Of a DNA stretch of 64,000 nt, positions 29,267 to 39,695 are shown one piece after another; position 1 is the first letter of the stretch, and every line of letters begins with the position of its first letter. The DNA is from an uncultured bacterium. Its GTDB lineage: Bacteria; Patescibacteriota; Minisyncoccia; Phycocordibacterales; Phycocordibacteraceae. The stretch is from assembly GCA_937879955.1 (NCBI GenBank), contig CALFMK010000001.1:267766-331765 (forward strand), read 5' to 3'. The notes below the pieces were generated by a model, which was given only the letters and a program-made list of their open reading frames with translations, was not told the DNA's origin and did no database searches. The position numbers were made by a program, and so were the translations under genes.

Positions 29267-30697
29267 TTACGGGATGAAGGTGAGCGCCTGGCCGGTCTTG
29301 CCCGCGCGGCCGGTGCGGCCGATGCGGTGCGTGTAGTCCTCGTACGTCGACGGGAGGTCGTAGTTGATCACGTGCGAGACGCCCGAGATGTCGAGGCCGC
29401 GGGCCGCGACGTCGGTCGCCGTCAGGACGCGCACGTCGCCGCGCTTGAAGGCGATGAGCGCCTTCTGGCGTGCGGAGTGCGTCTTGTTGCCGTGGATAGA
29501 ATCCGAACGGATGCCCGCGGAGCGGAGGTCCTTCGCGAGGCGCTCGACGCCGTGCTTGGTGCGCCCGAAGACGAGCACCTTCTCGAAGCTGTCCTGCTTG
29601 AGGATCTCGACGAGCTTGTCGAACTTCTGCGAGTGATGGACCTGGACCACGTCCTGATCGATCGTGTGCGACGTCTCGCGCGTCTTCACGCGGACCTGCA
29701 CCGGATCGGTGAGGAAGTCGCCGATGAGGCGCTCGATGTCCCTCGACATGGTTGCCGAGAAGAAGAGCGTGTGGCGCTCGGCGCGCATCTTGCTCATGAT
29801 GAAGCGCATGTCCTCGATGAAGCCCATGTCGAGCATGCGGTCAGCCTCGTCGAGCACGACGGTGCCGAAGTTCGAGAGGTTGAGCTCGCGGCGCTCCATG
29901 AGGTCCTTGAGACGTCCCGGGGTTCCGATGACGAAGGCCGGGTTGCGCTTGAGGACGCGGATCTGCGGGACGATGTTCGCGCCGCCGACGCAGGTGACCG
30001 ACGCGATGCCGAGACCCTTCGCGAAGCCGAAGAACTCCTCCTCGATCTGGATGGCGAGCTCGCGGGTCGGGACCATGACGAGCACGCGCTCGTCCTTGCC
30101 CAGCGCCCGGAACTTGAGCACCTTGTCGATGAGCGGGATGAGGAACGACGCGGTCTTCCCGGTACCGGTGTTCGCGAGACCTACGACATCCTTCCCTGCG
30201 AGGACGTACGGGATCGACTGGTCCTGGATCGGGGTCGGGGTGGTGTAGCCCTTGTTCGCGATGTTCGCCTTGAGGCGCTCGTCCACCGCGAAGTCCGCGA
30301 AGGCGTGAGTCGGGGTGTAGACCTCGACCTCGGCCGGCGCGGTCGCCTTGTTGACGAGCTTCGAGAGGTCGACGTTCATCTCCTGATAGTTGCGTCCTCC
30401 GGAGCGGCCTCCTCCGCGGGAACTCCCGCGCGATCCGCGATCGCCGCCGCCAAAGCCGCCGCGAGACGACCCGCCGTCACGGCGAGGGCCGCGGGAGCCT
30501 CCTCCCGAACGGGAGCGCTTGAACTCCACGGCTGCGGTAGCCGGGCGCTTGAAGCCGTTCTCGAGCGCGAAGCGCATGCCTGCCTCGTACGCGGAGCTTA
30601 CGGGCGCAGGACGTCCGCCGCCGGAGCGGGAACGGTTCGGCGCGCCTCCAGACGAGCGGCGAGGCCCGCGCGAGCGCGTGTCATTCTTCTGATTCAT
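29267..30697 (-). CDS. DEAD-box RNA helicase
   Basis: PTPIQ, TGTGKT, PTRELA, DEAD, SAT, ARGLD, HRIGRTGR. Confidence 0.96.
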   Translation of the reverse strand: MNQKNDTRSRGPRRSSGGAPNRSRSGGGRPAPVSSAYEAGMRFALENGFKRPATAAVEFKRSRSGGGSRGPRRDGGSSRGGFGGGDRGSRGSSRGGGRSGGRNYQEMNVDLSKLVNKATAPAEVEVYTPTHAFADFAVDERLKANIANKGYTTPTPIQDQSIPYVLAGKDVVGLANTGTGKTASFLIPLIDKVLKFRALGKDERVLVMVPTRELAIQIEEEFFGFAKGLGIASVTCVGGANIVPQIRVLKRNPAFVIGTPGRLKDLMERRELNLSNFGTVVLDEADRMLDMGFIEDMRFIMSKMRAERHTLFFSATMSRDIERLIGDFLTDPVQVRVKTRETSHTIDQDVVQVHHSQKFDKLVEILKQDSFEKVLVFGRTKHGVERLAKDLRSAGIRSDSIHGNKTHSARQKALIAFKRGDVRVLTATDVAARGLDISGVSHVINYDLPSTYEDYTHRIGRTGRAGKTGQALTFIP

Positions 30698-30861
30698 ATT
30701 CGTGAAATGCTAGTGCACGCTGTTCGCGCGCGGTTTGTGTAAGTAGCCAGATTCTGGCTTCAACCGTCCTCGAGAGTTTCAAGCTGTTGCGCTTGCGCGC
30801 TGGTGCCTGGCCTTGAATGACTCTTCAAGACGTCAAACCATGGAGTAACCGTTGTGGCAAC

Positions 30862-30890
30862 AATATAGCAGATACAACGCTTTTTGGCAA
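30862..30890 (-). promoter_or_regulatory. Putative promoter of the DEAD-box helicase gene
   Basis: TTGCCA-17 nt-TATATT with TG extension, about 160 nt upstream of the ATG. Confidence 0.6.
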
Positions 30891-30967
30891 CCCCTGCCCT
30901 TTCCCCGGCGCTGTGCATAGCAAAGCGCCCGGACTCCTGCCCGGGCGCTCTTCGAGCACGCTGCTAC

Positions 30968-31120
30968 CTATGCGATAGGATTCTTGCCCTGGATGAGGCG
31001 GATGAGCACCACGATGATCGCGATCACGAGGAGCAGGTGCACGAACCCGCCGAGCGTGTACGACGTCACGACGCCGAGGAGCCAGAGGATAAGGAGGATC
31101 GCTGCGATGGTGTAAAGCAT
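30968..31120 (-). CDS. lmo0937/DUF5670-like small membrane protein (50 aa)
   Basis: MLYTIAAILLILWLLGVVTSYTLGGFVHLLLVIAIIVVLIRLIQGKNPIA. Confidence 0.85.
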   Translation of the reverse strand: MLYTIAAILLILWLLGVVTSYTLGGFVHLLLVIAIIVVLIRLIQGKNPIA

Positions 31121-31228
31121 GGTGTGTATTGATTGGATGTAACCACGTCACCATACCTGAGCGTAGCTGGAGGATTCATGAAGAAAGCCGCTCTCGCGAG
31201 CGACTTTCCTTCTGACGAAACGTCGTGC

Positions 31229-33019
31229 CTAGGACGAGCGCTTGCTCTTCGCACGATCGGTCTCGGTGAGACCCTGCTTGCGGAGGCGGACCGAGACCGG
31301 GGTGATCTCGAGGTACTCGTCCTCGGCCATGACCTCGAGGCCGCGCTCGATGGTGAGCGTGTAGGCCGGGAAGAGGTTGATCGCCTCGTCGTTGCCCGAG
31401 GAGCGGACGTTCGATTGGTTCTTCCCCTTGGTAGGATTGACCACCATCTCCTCGCCCTTCGAGGTGTTGCCCACGACCATGCCCTCGTACACCTCCGTCG
31501 CCGGGACGATGTAGAGCACGCCGCGCTCCTGCATGCTCCAGAGCGCGTAGCCGAGCGCCTTGCCGGTCGCCATGGAGATCATGGAGCCCACCTGGCGCTT
31601 CTTGATCTCGCCCGCGTACGGCTTGAAGCCGATGACACGCGACGAGAGGATGCCTTCGCCCTTCGTGTCCACCACGAACTGGTTGCGGTAGCCGAGGAGT
31701 CCGCGGGTAGGGCCCTCGAGCGTGAGGCGGACGGTGTCGCCCTCCTGCACGAGGTTCTGGAGCACGAACGCGCGGGTGCCGAGGCGCTCGATGATGGCGC
31801 CCTGGTACTCGGTCGGGGTGTCGATGATGACCTCCTCGAACGGCTCGTGCTTCACGCCGTCGATCTCCTGGATGATGACCTGCGGCTGGGAGACCTGCAT
31901 TTCGTAGCCCGCGCGGCGCATGTTCTCGAGGAGGATGGCGATGTGGAGCTCGCCGCGGCCGGAGACCTTGAAGGCGTCAGGCGAGACGAAGTCCACCTTG
32001 AGGCCCACGTTCACCTCGAGCTCGCGCTCGAGGTACTCGCGGAGCTGGCGGCTCGTCACGTACTTGCCCTCGCGGCCCGCGAACGGCGAGTTGTTGACGA
32101 GGAAGTTCACGGTGATCGTCGGCTCGTCGATCGCGATGGCTGGCATCGGCTCGACGGCGGCGTCGGTGGTGACGGTCTCGCCGATGTACGCGTCCTCGAT
32201 GCCAGCGACGATCACGATGTCTCCGGCGATCGCCTCGGGCACGTCGACGCGCTCGACGCCCTTGAAGGTGAAGAGCTTGGTGATCTTCGCGTTTCGGCTC
32301 GCGCCGTCCGGCTTCTTCACGATGACGGTCTGCCCTGCCTTCACGGAGCCCTCGTACACGCGCGCGATGGCGAGGCGTCCGAGGAAGTTGTCGTAGGCGA
32401 GGTTGAAGGTCTGGAGCTTGAGCGGCTTCGCGACGGCGTCCTCGGTCGCTGCTGGCGGCACCTGCTCGAGGATCACGTCGAGGAGCGGCGTGAGGTCCTT
32501 GCGCTCGTCATCGAGCTTGCGCATCGCGACGCCCTCGCGGCCGATCGCGTAGACCGTCGTGAAGTCGGACTGCTCGTCGGAGGCGCCGAGTTCGAGGAAG
32601 AGCTCGAGGACCTGGTCCTCCGCGCGCGCCGGGTCCGCCGCCGGTTTGTCGATCTTGTTGAGCACCACGATAGGCTTCAGGCCGAGCTCGAGGGACTTCT
32701 TGAGCACGAAGCGGGTCTGCGGCATCGGGCCCTCCTGCGCATCCACGATGAGGAGCACGGAGTCGATCGAGCGGAGCACGCGCTCCACCTCCGATCCGAA
32801 ATCGGAGTGTCCCGGGGTGTCCACGATGTTGATCTTGGTGCCCTTGTACTCGATTGAGGTGTTCTTCGAGTAGATGGTGATGCCGCGCTCGTGCTCGAGC
32901 GCGTTCGAGTCCATGGAGACGCCCTCGGCGGCTGCTCCCGTCTGCTTCATGATGGCATCGGTCAGCGTGGTCTTGCCGTGGTCCACGTGCGCGATGATGG
33001 CGATGTTTCGGATTTCCAT
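31229..33019 (-). CDS. typA: Translational GTPase TypA/BipA
   Basis: IAHVDHGKTTL, DTPGHSDFG, GPMPQTRFV, VSGRGELH, EITPVSVRLRK. Confidence 0.98.
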   Translation of the reverse strand: MEIRNIAIIAHVDHGKTTLTDAIMKQTGAAAEGVSMDSNALEHERGITIYSKNTSIEYKGTKINIVDTPGHSDFGSEVERVLRSIDSVLLIVDAQEGPMPQTRFVLKKSLELGLKPIVVLNKIDKPAADPARAEDQVLELFLELGASDEQSDFTTVYAIGREGVAMRKLDDERKDLTPLLDVILEQVPPAATEDAVAKPLKLQTFNLAYDNFLGRLAIARVYEGSVKAGQTVIVKKPDGASRNAKITKLFTFKGVERVDVPEAIAGDIVIVAGIEDAYIGETVTTDAAVEPMPAIAIDEPTITVNFLVNNSPFAGREGKYVTSRQLREYLERELEVNVGLKVDFVSPDAFKVSGRGELHIAILLENMRRAGYEMQVSQPQVIIQEIDGVKHEPFEEVIIDTPTEYQGAIIERLGTRAFVLQNLVQEGDTVRLTLEGPTRGLLGYRNQFVVDTKGEGILSSRVIGFKPYAGEIKKRQVGSMISMATGKALGYALWSMQERGVLYIVPATEVYEGMVVGNTSKGEEMVVNPTKGKNQSNVRSSGNDEAINLFPAYTLTIERGLEVMAEDEYLEITPVSVRLRKQGLTETDRAKSKRSS

Positions 33020-33191
33020 AGGTGTAATGTGGGACTCGATAAATAAAAAGCCCGCCAGGGCTCAGATGTCCATAAAATAACCTTATATATGGTATGCGTC
33101 AATGCGCTTGACCGGCCTTGGCCGGCTGCTACACTGGATGAACAAATGGCCATATGGCTCCCGAGGACCCGCCGAGAGGCGGGTCCGTCTG

Positions 33192-33581
33192 TTATTCGGT
33201 TATCATCGCAGCTAAGGAGCAGCGGATTCGATCGAATAGCTTCCGGTCGATTCTCCGTATCTTGCGCGTGAACCGCTTCGTGCTGAGAAGACGTACCTGG
33301 GAGATGATCGCAGCGAAACTCGCCCCTGCATGCTCGAAGGCTATGTAATAGGGATTATTCTTGCTCTTCGTCGTCAACGGCACGGCAAGCACGATCCTGT
33401 CGTTGAATTTCCGAAGCACGAGCACGGGACGCTCGAACTGCTCGTTCTTTCCATCCTCCTCATCGCCAACGTTCAGTCCGAGTGATGCCCACCATATCTC
33501 ACGCGCATGGATATAGCGCGAGAAGCTCCCGTCATGGATGGATCTCTTCCGGAGATTCCACGTATCGAAGTCCTTTTGCAT
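33192..33581 (-). CDS. PemK/MazF-like toxin family protein
   Basis: EIWWASLGLNVGDEEDGK..RPVLVL..VPLTT..SQVRLLSTKR. Confidence 0.85.
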   Translation of the reverse strand: MQKDFDTWNLRKRSIHDGSFSRYIHAREIWWASLGLNVGDEEDGKNEQFERPVLVLRKFNDRIVLAVPLTTKSKNNPYYIAFEHAGASFAAIISQVRLLSTKRFTRKIRRIDRKLFDRIRCSLAAMITE

Positions 33582-33665
33582 CACGTGATGCTACGGGATG
33601 CGAGATAAGCTTTTCCTTGAAATGATCTCGCGAAAGAATGAACTCGACCCTACGGCATGGGCGCG

Positions 33666-33869
33666 CTAGCGAGGTCGGCCTTTCAGCACCTTATAGAGCC
33701 CTTCGAGGACCTCGAGCGCCTCTGCCTTCGTGACGATCATCTCCGTCTCGGAGTCAGGGCCTTCGATGTAGATGGAGACGCTCGGCACCTTCCTCAGGGA
33801 ATCGTCCTTCACCTGGAGGGTTATGTCGTTCCCGAGCTCGTTCTTGAAGCGTCTGGTGTAGAGGGCCAT
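33666..33869 (-). CDS. Small hypothetical protein (67 aa)
   Basis: MALYTRRFKNELGNDITLQ...; host-like codons. Confidence 0.65.
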   Translation of the reverse strand: MALYTRRFKNELGNDITLQVKDDSLRKVPSVSIYIEGPDSETEMIVTKAEALEVLEGLYKVLKGRPR

Positions 33870-33934
33870 GGTGCGGTGAATGGAGTATACCCTGCCCGAT
33901 ACGGGAAAGCGGACGCCGAAGCGTCCGCTCACTG

Positions 33935-34159
33935 TTATCTGGGCACCTGGCGGTGCAGCACGAAGACGGCGTCGCCCGGGACCAGGATGGCTCTCGGGTC
34001 CTTGCACGAGAAGACGCCGTGGACACGCTCGCGGAAGGCGGCCTCTTCTCCCTGCGTCTGCTCGATGTAGGCAAGACGGGTATCGATCGCCGCGAACTGT
34101 CGCTTCTTCCGTTGCGTCATCCGATGGAGCCGGAGACGCGCACGCGCTCTCTGGAACAT
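33935..34159 (-). CDS. Small hypothetical protein (74 aa)
   Basis: AAGGAG RBS upstream; fills the intergenic gap. Confidence 0.55.
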   Translation of the reverse strand: MFQRARARLRLHRMTQRKKRQFAAIDTRLAYIEQTQGEEAAFRERVHGVFSCKDPRAILVPGDAVFVLHRQVPR

Positions 34160-34226
34160 GGAAATTCTCCTTCCTCTTCCCTCACCCTACCCGACAGCAT
34201 GCGGAGGACGCAAGGATTCCTTGTGC

Positions 34227-35243
34227 CTAACGCAGATAACGCTCGATGTTGCGGAGCTGTCCCGCGTAGGTCGCGGAGCAGTGGATCACGCCGTCCGCGT
34301 CATGGAGGTAGTAGATGCAGTCCGTGTGCTCGGGATTGAGCGCGGCCTCGATCGAATCGAGCGACGGGTTCGCGATCGGATGCGGCGGCAGCCCGCTGTT
34401 CTTGTACGTATTAAATGGAGAGTCGAGCTGCTTGTCCTCGCTCTTCACCTGCGGCCACCAGTTCCCCTCGGAGCCCTTGATGTATTGCAGCGTGGCGTCC
34501 ACCTGCAGGCGCATGCCGTCGTTGATGCGGTTCCAGAGGATGCCGGCGACCAGGTGCTTGTCGTTCTTCGCGGCCTCGCGCTCGATGAGGGACGCCATCG
34601 TGAGCGCCTCGGTCCACGTCACGTTCTTCTCCACGGCGAGTTCCGCGTACGGCGCGAAGACCTCCTCGAAGCGGTCGCGCAGCCTCGCCGCCACCTGCGC
34701 AGGCGCCTGGTCCGACGGGATGAGGTACGTGTCGCCGTAGTAGACGCCCTCGATCTGCTCGAAGGTGGGTGCGGTATCCACGTCGACGAACTCGCGCTTC
34801 TGCTCCTCGGTCCATGCCAGCTTCTTCGCGAGGTAGTCGGCGATCTGTTCCTTGCGCCAGCCCGGCGGGAACGTGATCCAGGCGAGGTACGGCGGCCGCG
34901 AGAGGAGGTTCGCCACGGTCCACACGTCCATGGACGGCGAGATCATGTACCCGCCTTCGCGTACGTCGTTCATATGCCCCGTGCCGCGGTACGCGATGCG
35001 GAACGCCGTCATGCTCTTGATGTAGCCGCCGGCCTTGAGCTCCTGCGCGACCGTCTCGAACTCGCTGTCCGGCGCGACGATGAACTCGGTCGGCGCGACG
35101 CGCGATGCCGTCACCGGCCCGAAGTACTTCGCGTACAGGAGGACGAACGCCACGAGCAGCAGCACGCAGGCGGCGCCCGCGATAACGAGAAGGCGCCGGG
35201 AAGGCCGGCGTTTCCGTATCGTCTCGAGGAAGGCGATATGCAT
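34227..35243 (-). CDS. mltG: Endolytic transglycosylase MltG
   Basis: EGVYYGDTY, ASLIEREA, LQVDAT, SPFNTYKNSGLPPHPIANP. Confidence 0.93.
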   Translation of the reverse strand: MHIAFLETIRKRRPSRRLLVIAGAACVLLLVAFVLLYAKYFGPVTASRVAPTEFIVAPDSEFETVAQELKAGGYIKSMTAFRIAYRGTGHMNDVREGGYMISPSMDVWTVANLLSRPPYLAWITFPPGWRKEQIADYLAKKLAWTEEQKREFVDVDTAPTFEQIEGVYYGDTYLIPSDQAPAQVAARLRDRFEEVFAPYAELAVEKNVTWTEALTMASLIEREAAKNDKHLVAGILWNRINDGMRLQVDATLQYIKGSEGNWWPQVKSEDKQLDSPFNTYKNSGLPPHPIANPSLDSIEAALNPEHTDCIYYLHDADGVIHCSATYAGQLRNIERYLR

Positions 35244-35268
35244 GGACAGGTATTGTACCCTACGGTCC

Positions 35269-36936
35269 CTAGCCCTCGGCTGCGTAGAGCACCCGCGCGA
35301 GCTTGAGCTCGTCGAAGGAGTATTTCGCCTTGAAGTAGCTATGCACCGGCGTGAGCTTCTCCGTCCCCTTCTCGTCGAACGCGCGGTATATGGTATCGAG
35401 CGCGCCGCGCAGCCTCGCCGGGATGCGCTCCTCGAGGAGGTCGGGCGTGATGCGGCCCGAGGACGCGAGTTTCGCCGCATGGTCCGCGATCGTGCCGAGC
35501 GTGAGCTTCCGCTCCTTCGCGATCTCCGCGAGCGTCTTCCCTTCCTCGAGCAGGGCGAGGGTCTCGTCCACAGTGCTCCGCTTCTCGGGACGCTCGCCAA
35601 GCGCTGCCGCCTCGAGCGTGCCGCCCGAGGCCTTTATGAAATTCTGTTCCATCTGCTCGCGCTCGTTGTTCGCCTCGAGCGCCTCGAAGGTCGCCACCGC
35701 GAGCTCGGACGACACGCGCATCTGCTTGTCGAGCGCAAGCACCTGCGGGTGCACCATGAGCGCGTTCTCGCTCCAGCCGAGGAGATGGACGCCCGCAAGG
35801 GTGCGCACGCGCGAGAGCGCGACGTATCCCTGCCCGTACTCGAAGGAGCGCGAGAGGTCCATCGCCGCGGCGTCGAGGCTCTGGCCCTGGCTCTTATGCA
35901 CCGTGATGGCCCAGGCGAGCTTGAGCGGGACCTGGCTGAGCTTCGCCTTCACCTTCCCGCCCTCCTCCACCGCCCAGTCCGCCGGCGCGATGGTGAGCTC
36001 GCGGCCGTTCCTGGTCTCGATGATCGGATAGCCCGTCCCGCGCTCGAAGCCGATCACGATGCCGAGCGTTCCGTTCGCGTAGCCGGCGGCCGGGTTGTTC
36101 TTCGTCGCCATCACCACCGCGCCCTCCTTGAGCACGAGCGTCTCCGGCGAGAGGCAGCCGCGCTTGAGCGCCTCCGCGAGCGCCGCGGAGCCGGCCTGCG
36201 ACATCGAGAAGGTCTTGGGCGCGCCCGGGAGCTTCGCGAGCTCCTGCGCGTTGATGCGGTCCACGTCCGCGTTATGCGTGAAGAGCTGCGGCACGCCTTC
36301 CTCGAGACTGTCGTACTCCGCCTCGCGCGCCGTGATAGCGGACACGTGCGTATGGTCCCACTCACCCGCGCGTATAGCGCCGAGAATCGAGAGGAACGAT
36401 GCATCCTCCTGGCGGTGCTGCTCGGTGAGGTAGCAGACGATCGGGTTGAGCTTCGTCCAGCTCGGTGACTCGAACGCGAACTGCACCGCGCTGCGGGAGA
36501 CCGGCGGGAGCTGGAAGAAGTCGCCCACGAGCACCACCTGCATCCCGCCGAATGCCCGCTCAGGCTCATGCCTGACGGTGCGCGCCACCTCGTCCACCAT
36601 GGAGAGGACGTTCGCGGAGAGCATCGACACCTCGTCGATGATGAGTACCTTCGCCTTCTGGAGGCGCTTCGCCACATGCTCCTTGCTCGCGATCGTATCG
36701 AGCAGCTCGGGCGTCATGCGGTCCGCGATGCCGATGCCGCTCCAGGCGTGCAGCGTCATGCCGCCCACGTGCGTCGCCGCGATGCCGGTGGAGGCGGTGA
36801 TGGACGGCTCGATGCCGTGCGAGCGCAGCCACGCGATATACGCGTTCACGGTATGCGTCTTGCCGCTCCCGGGCTCTCCGGTGAGGAATACGTTCGCGCC
36901 CGTCTTCAGTATGGAAAGCGCTTCGGCCTGGGTCAT
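35269..36936 (-). CDS. PIF1-family 5'-3' DNA helicase with C-terminal HTH
   Basis: FLTGEPGSGKT, IIDEVSM, GDFFQLPP, LAWAITVHKSQG, YVALSR. Confidence 0.92.
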   Translation of the reverse strand: MTQAEALSILKTGANVFLTGEPGSGKTHTVNAYIAWLRSHGIEPSITASTGIAATHVGGMTLHAWSGIGIADRMTPELLDTIASKEHVAKRLQKAKVLIIDEVSMLSANVLSMVDEVARTVRHEPERAFGGMQVVLVGDFFQLPPVSRSAVQFAFESPSWTKLNPIVCYLTEQHRQEDASFLSILGAIRAGEWDHTHVSAITAREAEYDSLEEGVPQLFTHNADVDRINAQELAKLPGAPKTFSMSQAGSAALAEALKRGCLSPETLVLKEGAVVMATKNNPAAGYANGTLGIVIGFERGTGYPIIETRNGRELTIAPADWAVEEGGKVKAKLSQVPLKLAWAITVHKSQGQSLDAAAMDLSRSFEYGQGYVALSRVRTLAGVHLLGWSENALMVHPQVLALDKQMRVSSELAVATFEALEANNEREQMEQNFIKASGGTLEAAALGERPEKRSTVDETLALLEEGKTLAEIAKERKLTLGTIADHAAKLASSGRITPDLLEERIPARLRGALDTIYRAFDEKGTEKLTPVHSYFKAKYSFDELKLARVLYAAEG

Positions 36937-36946
36937 TAAGAACGTA

Positions 36947-37771
36947 TTAGCGCTTAGCGACGTCGAACGTGAACCGGTAGTCGGCAGGGTCCGTAGTCTT
37001 CGTCGAGATTTTCTCAGGGGCGACGGCAGAGAACGTTACCGTCTCCGCTTCGGTCGTGACGGGCGTACCGAGCGAGATCGTCATGTCGCTCTCGCCCATG
37101 GCGCTCTTCACGCGCACGACGACGCGGACGGTCCCCGCCTGGATGCACTGCACGTCCGTAGGGCACCTGCTGTCCTCTTCGAGGGACAGCGGCGTGAGTT
37201 CGAGACCGGCAACCGATGCGGTCTCCTTGAGCGCGAGCGTGACGGTCGTCGTTGCGGCCGCAGGGACGGCCTCTTCCGCGCGCGGGTTCTGCTGGTACGC
37301 GGTTATGACGAATCCGCCCGCGACGTCCGCGACCGTAAGCGAGACCGGGATGATGCCCGCGTCGCCCGTGCTCGTCATGAGCATGATGCGGCCGAGTACG
37401 GCGTACGTGCCGTCCTCGTTCATGGTCACGGTGTCCGTCTCGATATGGTCAGGCCACGGGCTCGAGGTCACGCGTCCGGGCGCGGTCATAGGATCTGCGA
37501 TCCAGGCGGCGAGGAGCTCGGGCGTCACATAGGACGCGTAGGCCTTCCGGATATCTTCAGGCGCGGTCGGCGAGAGTACGGAGACGGTGTTCAGCTGGTT
37601 CCCGAACTGGGCGACCGTCGTGCGCACGTCGCCCTCATGCTTGCCGTCGATGACGCCGTCCGGATGCGACCCAATATAGGAGTAGATGAGGCCGCCGAAG
37701 ACGAGGAGCGCGCCCACGATCCAGAGATACATGAACGAGTGATGGGAGGAGACGTGATCGTGGATAGCCAT
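36947..37771 (-). CDS. Membrane-anchored hypothetical protein
   Basis: N-terminal TM, PGRVTSSPWPD domain, EDSRCPTDVQCIQAG domain. Confidence 0.75.
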   Translation of the reverse strand: MAIHDHVSSHHSFMYLWIVGALLVFGGLIYSYIGSHPDGVIDGKHEGDVRTTVAQFGNQLNTVSVLSPTAPEDIRKAYASYVTPELLAAWIADPMTAPGRVTSSPWPDHIETDTVTMNEDGTYAVLGRIMLMTSTGDAGIIPVSLTVADVAGGFVITAYQQNPRAEEAVPAAATTTVTLALKETASVAGLELTPLSLEEDSRCPTDVQCIQAGTVRVVVRVKSAMGESDMTISLGTPVTTEAETVTFSAVAPEKISTKTTDPADYRFTFDVAKR

Positions 37772-37804
37772 CCCGTAAGGATACCATCCCTCTCTGGGAG
37801 CGGT

Positions 37805-37833
37805 TTGACGCAACAGGATACTCGGGGTACTAT
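37805..37833 (+). promoter_or_regulatory. Sigma70 promoter of the AbrB-RND operon
   Basis: TTGACG-17 nt-TACTAT. Confidence 0.7.
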
Positions 37834-37853
37834 GTACTACAAGTAATAATTAT

Positions 37854-38087
37854 ATGAAATGCATGAACCGCCATCATATCTATGGCACCGCGACCGTGAA
37901 CGACAAGGGTCAGATCGTGATTCCTGCGGAAGCCCGCAAGGACATGGGCATCGAGCCTGACGCCAAGCTCGTCATCATCGGCGGCGGCCCGAAGAATATG
38001 CTTCACATTATCAGCGCCGAAGAGTTCGAGAAGAAGATGCAGGGCGTCATGGGCTGGTTCTTCAAGGGCGAGGTCGGCAGCTCGTAG
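37854..38087 (+). CDS. AbrB/MazE/SpoVT family DNA-binding protein
   Basis: GTATVNDKGQIVIPAEARKDMGIEPD. Confidence 0.9.
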   Translation: MKCMNRHHIYGTATVNDKGQIVIPAEARKDMGIEPDAKLVIIGGGPKNMLHIISAEEFEKKMQGVMGWFFKGEVGSS

Positions 38088-38123
38088 TTCTCCGTCACTT
38101 TTATCTACACTCAGTCGTATTCC

Positions 38124-39671
38124 ATGAAATCATTCCTCACCAAGCTCCGTTCGTTCGCGAAGACCGCGCAGAAGCGCGCCGTCGCTACCTGGAAGCGCTA
38201 CCGCACGCTTCCCCTCTGGCAGCAGATCGTCATCGCCGTGATCGTCGCGGTGCTCCTCATCGCGGGCATCACGCTCCTCTCCGGCAAGAAGGCCGAGGAC
38301 AAGGCCGCTGAGGGACGCTTCGTCACCCTCGCGACCGTCGGCGAGCTCTCCGGCAGCGGAGGCAGCGTCGACCTCATCGGTACGGTCCGCTCCGTCACCG
38401 AGGCGAACATCCTCGCGAAGAACGGAGGCACCGTCACGAGCGTGAACACGCGCGTCGGCGGCACGGTCGCGGCCGGCACCGTCATCGCGAGCCTCGAGAA
38501 CGCCGCCGAGCGCGCAGCCGTCCTCCAGGCGGAGGGCGCGTACGATGCCGCGGTGGCCGCACGCTCCGGACAGTCGGTCAGCGACACCGAGGAGACCGCG
38601 CGCGACGCGTACCGCAGCGCGTTCACCTCGCTCGACACGATCCTCGAGAACGACGTCGATACCTTCTTCGGCAGCCCGACCCCCGTCGGTCCTGATCTCC
38701 TCCTCTATCCGAGCGCGGACACGGCTGCCCGCCTCTCGCGCGAGCGCTCGCGCATCGACGGCCTCATGACCGCGTACGAGTCGAGCCTCGCCACCGCGAA
38801 CGCCCGCACCCCGCAGGCGCTCCTCGACGAGGCCGAGTCCACGACGCGCCAGGTCCAGACCTTCGTGAACCAGCTCGCTGACGCGGCGAACCAGCGCGAA
38901 TCTCGCGTGACGCCGGCACAGACCGCAGCCCTCGCTTCCGCGCGCTCGGGCGTGAACGGCGTGCTCGCGAGCCTCACGAGCGCCCGCTCGGGACTCCGTT
39001 CCGGCACGGTCTCCGCGACCGCGAGCGCTGACGCCTCCGTGAAGCAGGCACTCGGCTCTCTTCGCGCCGCGCAGGCACGGCTCGAGAGCACCGTGGTCCG
39101 CGCGCCGATCGGCGGCACCGTGAACTTCCTCCCCATCCGCGTAGGCGACTACGTCACACCGATGCAGCACGTCGCCACGGTCGCGCAGAACGGCGCCCTT
39201 GAGATCGTCGCGTACGTCTCCGAGAACAACCGCGATCTCCTGGTCGCCGGCGGACGCGTCGTCGTCGACGGCGAGTACGAGGGCGTCGTCACGTCGGTGG
39301 CTCCTGCGCTCGACCCGACCACCAAGCAGATCGAGGTGCGCGTCGCCGTGACCGGCGCGAGCGAGCTCGTGAACGGCCAGTCCGTACACATCGCCCTCCC
39401 TGACCTCGCTCCGGAAAAGGCTACGGAGGTCGCCGAGCAGGGTCCGGTGCTCCTCCCGCTGGCTAGCGTGAAGCTGCGAGCCGGAGACCGCATCGTCTTC
39501 TCGCTCGACGAGGACAGCCGCCTCGTAGCGCACACCGTCACCGTTGGCGAGGTCCGCGGCGACCGCATCGAGATCACGTCTGAGATCCCGGCCGACCTCC
39601 GCATCGTCGCGGACGCCCGCGGCCTTGCCGAGGGCGAGAAGGTCCAGGTCGCGTCCGAGACCGGCATCTAG
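38124..39671 (+). CDS. RND efflux membrane-fusion/adaptor protein
   Basis: TM anchor, lipoyl halves, long coiled coil, VRAPIGGTV. Confidence 0.88.
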   Translation: MKSFLTKLRSFAKTAQKRAVATWKRYRTLPLWQQIVIAVIVAVLLIAGITLLSGKKAEDKAAEGRFVTLATVGELSGSGGSVDLIGTVRSVTEANILAKNGGTVTSVNTRVGGTVAAGTVIASLENAAERAAVLQAEGAYDAAVAARSGQSVSDTEETARDAYRSAFTSLDTILENDVDTFFGSPTPVGPDLLLYPSADTAARLSRERSRIDGLMTAYESSLATANARTPQALLDEAESTTRQVQTFVNQLADAANQRESRVTPAQTAALASARSGVNGVLASLTSARSGLRSGTVSATASADASVKQALGSLRAAQARLESTVVRAPIGGTVNFLPIRVGDYVTPMQHVATVAQNGALEIVAYVSENNRDLLVAGGRVVVDGEYEGVVTSVAPALDPTTKQIEVRVAVTGASELVNGQSVHIALPDLAPEKATEVAEQGPVLLPLASVKLRAGDRIVFSLDEDSRLVAHTVTVGEVRGDRIEITSEIPADLRIVADARGLAEGEKVQVASETGI

Positions 39672-39695
39672 TACCAGGATCATCTACCTATACCC

